A stretch of 62,675 nt of DNA, the filler included, from Choristocarpus tenellus KU-1152 (Eukaryota > Protista > Phaeophyceae), in NCBI GenBank assembly GCA_964200185.2. It is 9 parts of 9 records of this genome, joined end to end, with 100 filler letters (N's around TTAATTAATTAA, not from the genome) between each part and the next. Parts side by side here need not be neighbours in the genome. Positions count along the whole stretch, not along the records: positions 1 to 5,014 come from CAXNAD020012162.1; positions 5,115 to 14,576 come from CAXNAD020003656.1; 7 more parts are not named here. The stretch is one strand, 5' to 3'. The position numbers and the translations under genes were made by a program. Shown piece after piece: positions 1 through 10,605 of the stretch. The first letter of the stretch is position 1, and the number at the start of each line of letters is the position of its first letter. Under the pieces are notes generated by a model. It saw only the letters and a program-made list of their open reading frames with translations, ran no database searches and was not told the DNA's origin.

Positions 1-93
1 ACAGCCGCCACCCCCTCCCAGATGCTTTGAGCCTGATTTTGGTCCAAATGGACACCCAGGTGTGGACTCCCCCTCCCCTAGATATTTTGGTTC
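1..93. mobile_element. Two nested right ends of MITE family B
   Basis: CCCAGATGCTTTGAGCC ends at 33. It is followed by TGATTTTGGTCCAAATGGACACCCAGG...CCCCTAGATATTTTGGTTC, which matches the right half of the copies at 14405 and 32641. Confidence 0.65.
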
Positions 94-243
94 ACCACTA
101 TCATCTCTTTCTCACTTTCTCACGAACATTTTCGAAACCTAACCCTACAACCCTAACCCCAACCCTAACCCCCACGTGTGTGTGAAAATAATACCTAACC
201 TTCATTTGAAAAATTCTGAAAAGTATGACAACAGTGGTTCCCC
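94..243. mobile_element. Short inverted-repeat element (family C) with CCCTAA core
   Basis: ACCACT...CATTTTCGAAACCTAACCCT...GTGAAAA...AGTGGTTCCCC is homologous to 43661-43798; the left TIR is interrupted by the family B element. Confidence 0.55.
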
Positions 244-805
244 AAGACAGGGATTGTATATTCTATTGGACAAGGTCGCCTATACCTCCATAGTTCCATG
301 TTCTTCTGCCCTTATGGTTTAGGGAGCAATGGTATACAGTGTTCGTTCTCCACAAGGTGCTGTGATTCAGTGATGGCAACTGTATGCTGTATGTATTGTC
401 ACCTTTGAATGGAGTACACAACAAGTCTCAGGTAGGTATTCTGCCCCCTCACTTTGCACATCTTCCAAATAATACAGTACTTCTCTCCCACCTTCCAATA
501 TCTCATTGCCATGGTCTCAATCATTAATTTCTTTCGTTTCCAATAAACTACCACATTAGTTATAGTAGTAACACGATAGCAATATGATAATCCCTTTACT
601 ACCATCACAGCAGTGTTTTTTTATGAAGGTTAAATCGTGCATAGAAGCTCCACTTTCTTATTGCTTTAAATCCGTCACTACATTTACACACATCTATGCG
701 TCTCTTAACGTTTCCGCCACGGTTTGCCAATAATTCAGAAAAGCCACTAAGCAGTCATGGGATGTCCCCATCTCATTTTACTGATGCTGTAGTAAGCCAA
801 AGTAA

Positions 806-1061
806 GAGTCAAAGTACCTTCGAGGGTAGGACCGCGTCCACTTGAAGGTCAAAATCCAATGTCACGATTTTGGTATAATTTTGGCTGTCGTGTTTGTTAG
901 GAACGTGTCAGTATCCTTTTTCCAGACACACCTTATCATAACGTATACATTTTACCTACTCGGAGACATTTTGGAGAAGGAAATGTCATAATAAAACCGT
1001 GGGAAGCCAAGCCCCAAATGGACAAACAGGGCAACTCGTACTCTCTAAGATGCTTTCACTC
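806..1061 (+). mobile_element. MITE family A, copy 1
   Basis: About 23-bp TIRs GAGTCAAAGTACCTTCGAGGGTA / TACTCTCTAAGATGCTTTCACTC; flanked by TAA/TAA; similar over its full length to the other copies. Confidence 0.92.
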
Positions 1062-3039
1062 TAAACAAGAGGATCAATCATTTGCCCATTTTTCATTTTA
1101 AACCATTTCAAATCAATCTTTTGCAATCCACACTTCTTTTTGTGGATAAATTCTAACAAAGTATTGAAAACCTTGATTTCTCACTTGTTTGAAAATTTTC
1201 GACAGAATTAACAAAAGTACCTACATGCAGTTGTTCAAAGAACAAATTTTGCTTTTGCCAGCATCCTTAAAATGTAAACCTTGTATACCTCTCATTTACT
1301 TCGGCTCAGTGCTGCATTTAATTGTGGAGGAGGTCAACTCCTGAGGTAAGTTAGAACTGGGTGAATCAGAATATCTTAATGCTAGGGTGCTCGGTTTCCT
1401 TCGCCTGACCTTGCAGAAAAATACACTAAATTTCTTTTCACTCCCTCGCTCATGTTCAAAGCGAACCAGTCACCTTTGGAAGTGCCTTTATATACAGCAT
1501 TCTTTGGTTCAGTACCAGAGCCACTATATATCACGATAGTTGTGTGGATTCCCCACTCCAATTCTAAATCATTACGGCAATTACCATCACTCATCCTGCA
1601 ATACAAGCGGAGTGCAGGTATGGGCAAGGGATATTACTTCAACTTTTCTGCTGATGTAATTTGAAGTCTTCTTCTAAGTATTCCTCATTCACCGATGCAC
1701 CAACTCTACTCTCATACCTTCGACAAAAATTGACACCTCCAGAGAATTTCTCAAGGATATATCTCTCTCCATTTAACAAGTTGCAATCCCTTGCAACCAC
1801 ATCAGGATTCTCCTTTCCCATCCCTGTGAACATATCTAGGGCACCCATCCGAGGCAAGTCCCAAGTTTCTACGGAGGATTGACAAATCTCAATACAGTCA
1901 AACTACATCCATGCCTGGAAACGTTTTGCTGATTTTCACAACTTTCCTTACATAGTTACCAAGTGCAACTTCTGCGGTGTAACCTTATTCCTGAAGGAAG
2001 CAGTATTGTACAATGTGCGACACCCATGATGTGATACACACAACCTACGGTGTGGGGTACTCTTCAAGCCAACTTGCACCTAGAGGACAAGACCACAACA
2101 TATTGAGCACGTTCAAGACATCATGCCTCCCTGCAACAATAACAGTGGCACAGCTTAAGCGAACATGAGCAGACTCCCATACCTGCAATGCTCAGAAATA
2201 AATAGTTGTGAACAGGATTCCTTTCCTCAGCGTCACAAGAATGAGCAGGGTTGTTGTGAACAGGTACTTGATTACCATGGAGGAATCACACCTCAAATAT
2301 CCTCCCTCAACCTTGATGAAACTTGTGCATTGGCACAGCTCCTTCAAGCGATGTGGGCTCATCAAGGGAGGTGGTGTAGCATATGAACCAACGAAGGGGA
2401 TTGTTTAGTATGTCCTAGCTGACGATGATGTATCATTAGGTGCCATTGCCATCAACACAGGTGAGACTCAACTAGAATCTTCACTTACTTCATAAATAAG
2501 TATCCCCCCTGTTGTAGGGTGCAACGTTTTGTATATATGAGGCAAACCTACCACCCAGCAGTACCTCATTCAGAGAGTTACGCATTATCAGGTCCCTGGC
2601 ATATCTCCCACAGTAACAAACCACACAACTCATATGTGGAAGGTGAAGAGCTGGGTGGGCTCGTCCTGCCAATCAAGCTACGCCACCCTGTTCAAACACA
2701 CGATTAAGGTAGGATTTTCATCCTTCACTATCCCACTTAATGTACACAATATCAAAAGCTGTACTCTTACGCAACAAACTATATTCACATCTACCTGTCA
2801 ATTTCCTATCCTGTCAGTCGTCTACCCCACTGTCCATAAGATTGAGGAGGTAAGGCACAGAGAGGAAGAATTACAAACATGGTGAAATAAATACAATGAC
2901 ACCATGGTACACACTACTACAGGTGATTGTAAAACATCAGTATAGATAAGGCACGAAATAAATACTGGAGTATTATTACTTACACTAATAAAAAAGACAC
3001 GCATCCAACATCATTTTGACTTGATGGTGCTGATACTAC

Positions 3040-3144
3040 CTCTGTGCCGTAAGTTTGTGCCGAAAAATATCTGGGCTCGCCAAGCCAGAACAGCGCCGAA
3101 TCGGACGATAACCCCACCGAATGAAATCGGGTTGGCAATCTCAG
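3040..3144 (-). CDS. Possible internal exon of an unidentified gene (LRLPTRFHSVGLSSDSALFWLGEPRYFSAQTYGTE)
   Basis: Pyrimidine tract plus AAG acceptor, 105 nt open in phase 0, GAG|GTAGTA donor, inside a CpG-rich patch (3040-3420). No family recognised. Confidence 0.3.
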
Positions 3145-3639
3145 CTTTAAGAAAAGGTGAGGGTTGAGAATTATATGGTACAAACTCGAGGTGCCTTAAG
3201 CCGTCAAAGTAGGGATCGTTTGGGGTTATTTTGAGGTCAGAACTGGGTACATCGAGGGTCAGAATGTCGGCATGGCAACCCCCCTCGTTGACCCCCCCGC
3301 GTAGGAACGTTGACCAAGTGTCCCTGAATACCAGGGTTGCGCTTGCAGCGCGGCAAATATTTGTCGATAGTGCTGCTGATACACTATATACACCATCGGC
3401 GACGGAAATGTAAAGCAATATATATGTTTCCGTATATTTTAGTTGAACTCTACAACATATGATGCAAGTGATAGTATTATTTTTTTATATTATAGTATTA
3501 TTTTCTTATTATCCATGTGGACGTTGCAAAACCCACATGATTGTATGCACCTATCTCACCCCACAAGTTCAGCCAGTGGAATTGAGACCATAACCCTCTT
3601 GTAAAATTACTATTGTATATCTACATCAAACCATTAACT

Positions 3640-4982
3640 ATCCTCTATCAAGGCACACAGCCGTGGGTCCAGCGTGGAATATTTCAACAGCACACCCTCG
3701 TGACGGTCCTTGGTGAGCATGAACTGCCGTGACACATTGGACTGGCCCTCACCGCGGAGTTTGGAGTGTCCGAGCGGTACATGCGAGGGATCTGGGAGGA
3801 TATCGCCGATCAGCTTGCACGTGGCCACATGCTCAACCTAGAGGTGGCGGCATGTGTAGTAGGCAGTTTTCAGAGCTCACAACATCCAAGATGGTCGCAA
3901 TACGTTGTATCAACTCCGATAATTGGCCATCCACTGTGCACCAGGTGACAATAAAGATGGCTGCCAAGGGGCTGAGTTATATCACGAGCACCATAAACAG
4001 GTGGTTGGATGGTATGGGAGCCACGCCAAATTGCCGCTGGATCAAACAAACCCAAGCTTCAACCGTGGCAAAAGGGATGGAAAATGGACTTTGTTTGCAA
4101 TCAAATGGACTGGAATCGTGGTGTGTATGCCTCCATGGCAAACACGATCCGTGTGGATGAAACCTGGTTTTTTGTGATGGCTGATGGGGAAAGGGATAGG
4201 GTGTTTCTGCATGAGGATGATAGCGACCTTCCAGGGTCACCTACTTTGCAGCACAAGGGTCATATCCCCAAAACCATGATCATTGCAGCCAACGGCTGCA
4301 CAGATTCGACTCACAGCTTTGAGTGAAAGTATCTTAGAGGGTAGAGCCGCGTCCATTTGGGGGCCAAAATCCAATGTTGCAATTTTGATGTAATTTCAGC
4401 TATCATGTTTGTTAGAAAGTATCGATTTCCTTGTTCTGGACACATCTTTTCATAACATGCACATTTTACCTACTTCGAAACATTTTGGGGTAGGCAAAAT
4501 TCCATTAAAAACCCGTGGGAAGCCAAGCCCCAAATGGACAAACAGGACAAAACTCGTACCCTCTAAGATACTTTCACTCTTTGATGGAAAGCTTGGTGTG
4601 TGGCGTGTGTGTGTGCGCCAAAAACGTCAGACCGGACAAGCAAAATATATTCTAGAAGGTGTGTATAAGCAAGACCATAACTTTAGATCATTTGTGGTAC
4701 AGGAAGCGGTACACAGAGGAGTTACTGCCTGCAATCAAGACCAAGATTTCTTGGTTGCAGGGGAACCACCTTGTCGTTCAGCAAGATGGTGCCACCCCCC
4801 ACACGGGCAAAGGGAAACTCAGAAATCTTGTCTGGGGTAGGGAAGACTGAGGGGTGGTCGATTAGGCTTGTGACGCCACCATCAAACTCCCCTGACCTCA
4901 ATATCATGGACCTGTGCTTCTTGAGGTCTTTGAAATGCCAGGTGATGGGGGAGCGGTTAGGGTCCGTCGAGGAGACGGTGAA
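3640..4982 (+). mobile_element. Degenerate Tc1/mariner transposase (DD39D-like group, about DD40D), interrupted by MITEs
   Basis: Frameshifted fragments carry the motifs VDETWF, HIPKTM, SF|DGKLGVW, VVQQDGATPH and PSNSPDLNIMDLCF. Removing the MITE at 4321-4579 and one TTT restores HSF-DGK in frame. Confidence 0.9.
4321..4579 (+). mobile_element. MITE family A, copy 2 (inserted in the mariner ORF)
   Basis: Perfect 23-bp TIR GAGTGAAAGTATCTTAGAGGGTA; TTT/TTT target duplication. Confidence 0.95.
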
Positions 4983-5014
4983 GCGTGAAAGTATCTTAGA
5001 GGGTACGAGTTTTG
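4983..5014 (-). mobile_element. MITE family A, copy 3 (truncated by contig end)
   Basis: GCGTGAAAGTATCTTAGAGGGTACGAGTTTTG matches the family A terminus. Confidence 0.85.
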
Positions 5015-5114
5015 NNNNNNNNNNNNNNNNNNNNNNNNNNNNNNNNNNNNNNNNNNNNTTAATTAATTAANNNNNNNNNNNNNNNNNNNNNNNNNNNNNN
5101 NNNNNNNNNNNNNN
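5015..5114. other. Artificial contig spacer (N44-TTAATTAATTAA-N44)
   Basis: 100-bp N run with a central six-frame stop linker; the same spacer recurs 8 times. Confidence 0.98.
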
Positions 5115-5134
5115 CCCCCCAGATACTTTGACCC
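5115..5134. mobile_element. MITE family B terminus
   Basis: CCCCCCAGATACTTTGACCC at contig start. Confidence 0.7.
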
Positions 5135-5836
5135 TCCAGATTAATCGAAAACAGAGTGGATGCACACTGGCAGGCAGTACTCGTCAGTGGCAGTATCAAA
5201 TATCAAATCTCATGGTTTCAGATTATCATTGTATAGTATTAAAAACAGGATGTACGAGCATTAATCCGGAGTATACAAATTTTACGTACTACTAACCACA
5301 TTGCCAACATCTATACCATAGTCAGTGCAAGCAATGATTGCTTACACACCCTCCTGGTCTCTTATTGTAGCGACTAGTTGTGTGCGTGTGTCCAATGCCA
5401 TGTATACAGACAATGATGATATATATTGGCTTTGCCATTGTTCAGTACTGGCTAAACACACAATACACACGACAGTGTCACTGTATCACATTGATGGAAT
5501 GCAAAGAGCTCATCATCACCCAGCACCGCATGGACTCTAGCACAACCGCATGCTGAGAAAGGACGTGTTAGAATCTATGCCGTTCTTGATTGCAGGTTTG
5601 GCATTTGTTCAGTGAAAATCCAAGGCAGTACTCAACTATTTGGTTGGGAGTTTAGTTGTATAGAAAAGTAGGGTTCCATATGTCACATCAAACACTGACC
5701 TTCGCTATGCTCTAACAAGCTTGCCAGCTCATTAGTTGTACATACATACTTTCCTCGAATCATAAAAACAACATTTAGTCTATGCACGTTCCTGCCTACA
5801 TGTGCATCCCCTTGCCTTGCTGTCTGTCTTTGCCAG

Positions 5837-5951
5837 GTGTCGAGCAGACATCAAGGAAATGGGGAAGAGGCAACGAGAGAGGAAGAAACAAAGCATGGTC
5901 GTGTACAAGTGGAGGGGATCGACAAAGCTAGTGGGCTTGAAGAAAAAGTAG
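5837..5951 (+). CDS. Probable terminal exon of an unidentified gene (CRADIKEMGKRQRERKKQSMVVYKWRGSTKLVGLKKK*)
   Basis: Strong acceptor CCTTGCTGTCTGTCTTTGCCAG followed by a purine-rich open frame ending in TAG. Upstream exons lie off-contig or were not found. Confidence 0.35.
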
Positions 5952-7379
5952 TGCAATACATAGGAAGGAAAAACAAAAAAAAGTGTTTTCATTTGTGTAT
6001 ATATATGAAAGCGTGCAATGGATTAAGTGCTGCTCATGTGCACCATGAACGGCATGGATTAGGAACACATTTTGTGAGAGCCAAAAAAAATTCAAGAGTT
6101 TTTTTTTTTTAACCGACAGGGGCTATAATTAGGTTGAAGCATTGTAACAGGTCAAGAAGAAGGACTCAAAAATAGTAGCTATAGTGCTAGTGATTTGGTA
6201 ATATTTCGAAGTCATCAATTTTGCTCAAAAAATTAGTACTGGCCATACAAGACGTATGACTATACTTAACCAAACCTTCACAAAAGTCAGGACTGCCAAT
6301 TAATGTAGGAAGAAAGATCTAGATCGGTTGAGCATTGGTTTTGTAAGTTATGGGAAACTATCTGTATATTACGAAGATGGTATGTACCAATGCCCTAACA
6401 TTGATCTTTGGCCATTCCTCACACTGTTCATCATACAACCTCTCGTGTGCCTCCCTATTAACTCTTCTTATTAACTCTTCTTCTTATTGACTCTTCAGAA
6501 CCTATGGCAAGTAGTGCTGCCCCGCTATTCAGGAAAGAGTATACCGCCAATTCCGCATATGTACGTGCTCAGAGCAGCTTCCACGTGTGCACGTACTGCG
6601 CTACCATACTTGGGTCTGACAATCCAACCTGCTGAAAGGTTGAAACTATGACTTCGTGTTACCAGCATCATGTATCCGAACAAGGCTTGCCATCTGACCA
6701 CATAGCACATGTAGTTGTTCTTGAGAGTCAGTTCAACCCTTTGCTTTTTGTTGGACTGACCTGTAGTATCCTAACGGGGGATCAGGTGTCCATTCGGGAC
6801 CTTTTTGACCCTGTAACGACGATCTTCATGTCACACAAGTTAAGGTGTCAGATACCACGGAAATTTCCTTCGTCGGAACACACTTTCCTTTTCCATCCCC
6901 CTTCCTGGACCAAATCCGAAAAAAGAAATCACCCGCAAAGCACGCATCGAACTTGTGTGTTCTACAACATCTCATCAAGTCCCAAATGAACAACCTGAAC
7001 ACCACCCCTCTAGGATACTACTGGTCACTAATACTTCAAAGTAAACAGTACATCCATAGACACTATGCCTTTTTGCAGCCAGTCTTGCATCAGTCTACCA
7101 CCAGCCCCATCATTGTACCACAACCCGCAACTCACTCAAAGGCTCTAAATGATGTATCTCTGTGATTGCTCTTCTTGCACCTGCCCTAACCCTTACCATG
7201 TCCAGTGGGGACTGTTGACATCGATGGTCATGCCTTGAACCAAAGAAACAAGAGTTAGAATCCAGTTCGTCATAAAGGTATGTATATTTTACGGGAGAAT
7301 TGATTGGAAGTAGATGTAACACAAAAGGATGAAAAAAGGTAAGGAGCCAGCCCTAGTTCATCATCAATGTGAAGTAAGA

Positions 7380-7642
7380 GAGTGAAAGTATGTTAGGGTT
7401 AGGGTACGAGTTTTGCCCTGTTTGTCCGTGTGGGGCTTGGCTTCCCATGGTTTTTTGTTGAAGACATTATCCTACTCCAAAATGTTTCGGAGTAGGTAAA
7501 AATGTATACGTTATGAAAAGGTGTGTCCGAACAAGGACATTGACATCTCCTAACAAACACGATAGCCAAAATTACATCAAAATCGCAAGATCGGATTTTG
7601 GCCCCCAAATGGACACGGCTCTACCTTCTAAGATACTGACTC
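7380..7642 (-). mobile_element. MITE family A, copy 4
   Basis: Reverse orientation; AAGA/AAGA 4-bp duplication; one TIR reads GTTAGGGTTAGGGTA instead of CTTAGAGGGTA. Confidence 0.92.
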
Positions 7643-8921
7643 AAGAAATCGAGTGTGTGTCAAAGATGGCACATTAGTCACAGTTGAAACTTCAACCATA
7701 TAACAAAGCATATGAAACTCCAACAAAGACTGAAGACCAATAGGTTGCACCCATAAAATGAAAAAAATCTCCATGAGCAGTTAGAATAAAAACAGAAAAT
7801 GCTGGATGTGGGTGGTACTCTTGAAGAGTTAGGCTGTAGTGGTGTCCTAATTGACAACCTCCCAACAAGGTATCATTCCCCACTACATCATGACTTACTA
7901 CACTTGGCCTGAAGGCCTGTAGATGGATGGTGTTACAATAATATTGACTGTTGGTGTGACCTGTAATCTGCGATCAGCCTTGAATGCATTGCTTTTTGAC
8001 ACATTAAGTGGATCCATAGTCTCAACCAGACAAAAGAACTGCGACACTTATCACAGTTGACAAACGGTCAAGAACAACTAATTAGCACATATATTTCCAT
8101 CAAAACGCTTGTGAAGGGCAAAACAATGCTACATGAAATCAACTGAGACTAACACTAGCAACATGGGAGGTCAAGCCACCCATAGATTGGGTAGAAAAAT
8201 GTCATAATTATAATTCACTCACCTTGTCATATATTGTCACCAACATTGGAGTGAACCTTTCATTGTCCGGCAACTCAGCCAAGGGCCCTGCTTCCACCAA
8301 TGTGTTGACATCGTCCTTACGTTTATACATGTACTTTCTACATCAGACTCTCTTTTCCGTGTTCCTTCAAAGGAAGGCTGAAAATGTTGGAAACCAAACA
8401 CCACTTTCCCTACATCAATCAAACCGGTCACAGTGGCATAGAAAGTGAAGTGCTATCTGCTCTCCAGGCCCTTCTGCCTTGCAAACACCACCATTGGCAT
8501 GCTGTGCCAATAATTTAGTCTGAGAAAAATTACTCAGCTTAGGCTGAAGAACCAACATCTTGTGGTCTGAACCTTCCCTGCCCCAACAGTCTCAAGTAGA
8601 AACTTTCCCAGTCAGCAGAACTGAGCAGTGGCAAAGGATTGATGCAGTCAAGATGATATCATTAGGTTGGTTTGGTCTAGGACGCAGCCACCAGGAGTTT
8701 TGAATGATGAGATTTCCATTCTCTGTTCTCTATTCGTGGAGAGCAGATACCATACCTGGGTGATCTTTCTAGTCATGCTTCCTGCGTACAGCACCAGATC
8801 AAACTGTTTGTCGTGCAGAAAAATATCACACTGGGAAGACCATTCTCACAGCTTCACAGCAGGTAGCTTGTAATAGGTAGGCTAAATCAGATTTCGCTGA
8901 GATGTTAGAAAAACTTCATAT

Positions 8922-9180
8922 GAGCCAAAATATCTTAGAGGGTAGGGCCGCGTCCATTTTGTGGCCAAAATCCAAAGTCACGATTTTGATGTAATTTTGG
9001 GCATCGTGTTTGTTAGGAAGTGTCAATATCCATGGTCCAGACACAACTTTTTATAACGCATACATTTTTCCTACTCTGAAAAATTTCGAAGTAGGTAAAA
9101 TGCGATTATAAATCTGTGGGAAGACAAGTCCCAAATGGACAAACAGGGCAAAACTCCTACCCTCTAAGATACTTTCACTC
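8922..9180 (+). mobile_element. MITE family A, copy 5
   Basis: TIRs present; ATAT/ATAT 4-bp duplication. Confidence 0.93.
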
Positions 9181-10605
9181 ATATTGAGTTTTGCAAGACC
9201 TCCCAACAAATAATGGAATCTGACACCATCTTGTCCATTTATAACCTCCTCCGTAAAACTGTTCGAACTGATCTAGGCATAAGAAGTAGAGGTTAAGACC
9301 ACGCACCGCAAAATGGAGAGCGTCATCTTTGATTAAAGAGTATCATCAGACAAAATACATTACTTTGTCCTGGAGGTGGTAGTATGTCCATATATTCCCA
9401 GTAGTTATCTGTCAGGTTCGGCAAACACTTGGGAACTCTATTTATTACGCCCTGATCATGACCACTTCATCTCCTCAATCAAACTCACACCAACTTCGAA
9501 TTTGCTGATCTAGCCGCTACCGAGTAGCAGCACTTCTAAGTACTTTATATTCCATGTTTGAAATGAAAGGTATATGGTATCAGTACACCTAGAATATATA
9601 ACCTGTTCAGAGGTAGCACATTCTTGTTCTTCTCGTCCCGTCTCTACATGTGAAGCTTCCACTCAACATATTGATTCCTCTGTTCTCAACACCTGGTGAA
9701 ACATCGCCATCTCCTATTTTCGGTTGCAATTGACTCTTTCTTTTAAAGACATCCGCCGCTTGAGTGTGGAAGATTTGGGTATCTTCCTTACGGAATATGT
9801 GACTCTGCTATGGTCTTCTCCATCAATCGTTGCTGTTGGAAATCCTCTTGGAGAACGCTGGTACTTGACTGCATCATATCTATCTATAGATACCCTCCAG
9901 AATCTGATCGCTCCTCCTTTTCATTTCCCTGTGGTACTTTGTAGGAACCTGATATTGATCCCCAGAGAGATTTCTGCTCCAGCGATTCGTACTCCTATCC
10001 TGCTGATTATGATTTCCTGCGCAATACTATTCGCTGTCGCTTTGGAAATGCTGACCTCCAATCATTCTTAGGAGCTGCGTACGTTTTGTCCACTGATAGA
10101 GAGAAAATTAAATAGGCCGGGTGTGCCAGGAGACAAAGTCTGTCTAGTTAGACCCTCGGCCAGCACGAACTGCCAACATATCTAACTTGTGTTTCCCAAC
10201 AACTTCGAGTATCTGCCACTAGGGTATTTTGGTGAGGGAGGTGCATAGCGCAGGAACCTGGGTCTCCTTTCGCCCTCTCTGCACAAAAGAAGCACTGACA
10301 AAAAGTCAGCAAAATGATGTCTAAAACGCTTCGGTGCGATCGTTGAGGTCCCATAGCGTGTAAATTGGGTATGGGAAAATGAAGGGAAATGTAACGGGAA
10401 GAAACGGCTCAGGGAAGGCTTTTTTGCACAACCTAACATCTGCCCTAATATGTGCATCAATCCCCCTCCTTCTTGGTCGGATTTTGGACAAACACAGTGT
10501 CCTTTATTTGTCTGGACTGATTCTTAGAGAGACCAAAGCTCTACTGCTGAGCGTTGTAGTGGGAAAACCTCGCTTGAAAGATTGTGCATATTGTTGCATA
10601 TAAAG

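Larger units (their letters stand above)
6500..10070 (-). mobile_element. Highly degenerate retroelement-like remnant (possibly Ty3/gypsy pol), carrying two MITE insertions
   Basis: Stop-riddled but protein-like minus-strand frames. Fragments such as FPWYL, YVVRW and RGSCSEHVH recall the C-terminal tail of stramenopile gypsy pol. Recognition is weak and boundaries are approximate. Confidence 0.3.

Noticed and set aside
1382-2480. Short protein-like ORFs
   Set aside because: They are interrupted by stops, with no recognisable motifs or consistent splice structure; probably decayed repeat DNA.
5059-5070. Recurrent TTAATTAATTAA motif as a biological signal
   Set aside because: It is always centred in identical N runs, so it is an artificial six-frame-stop linker.
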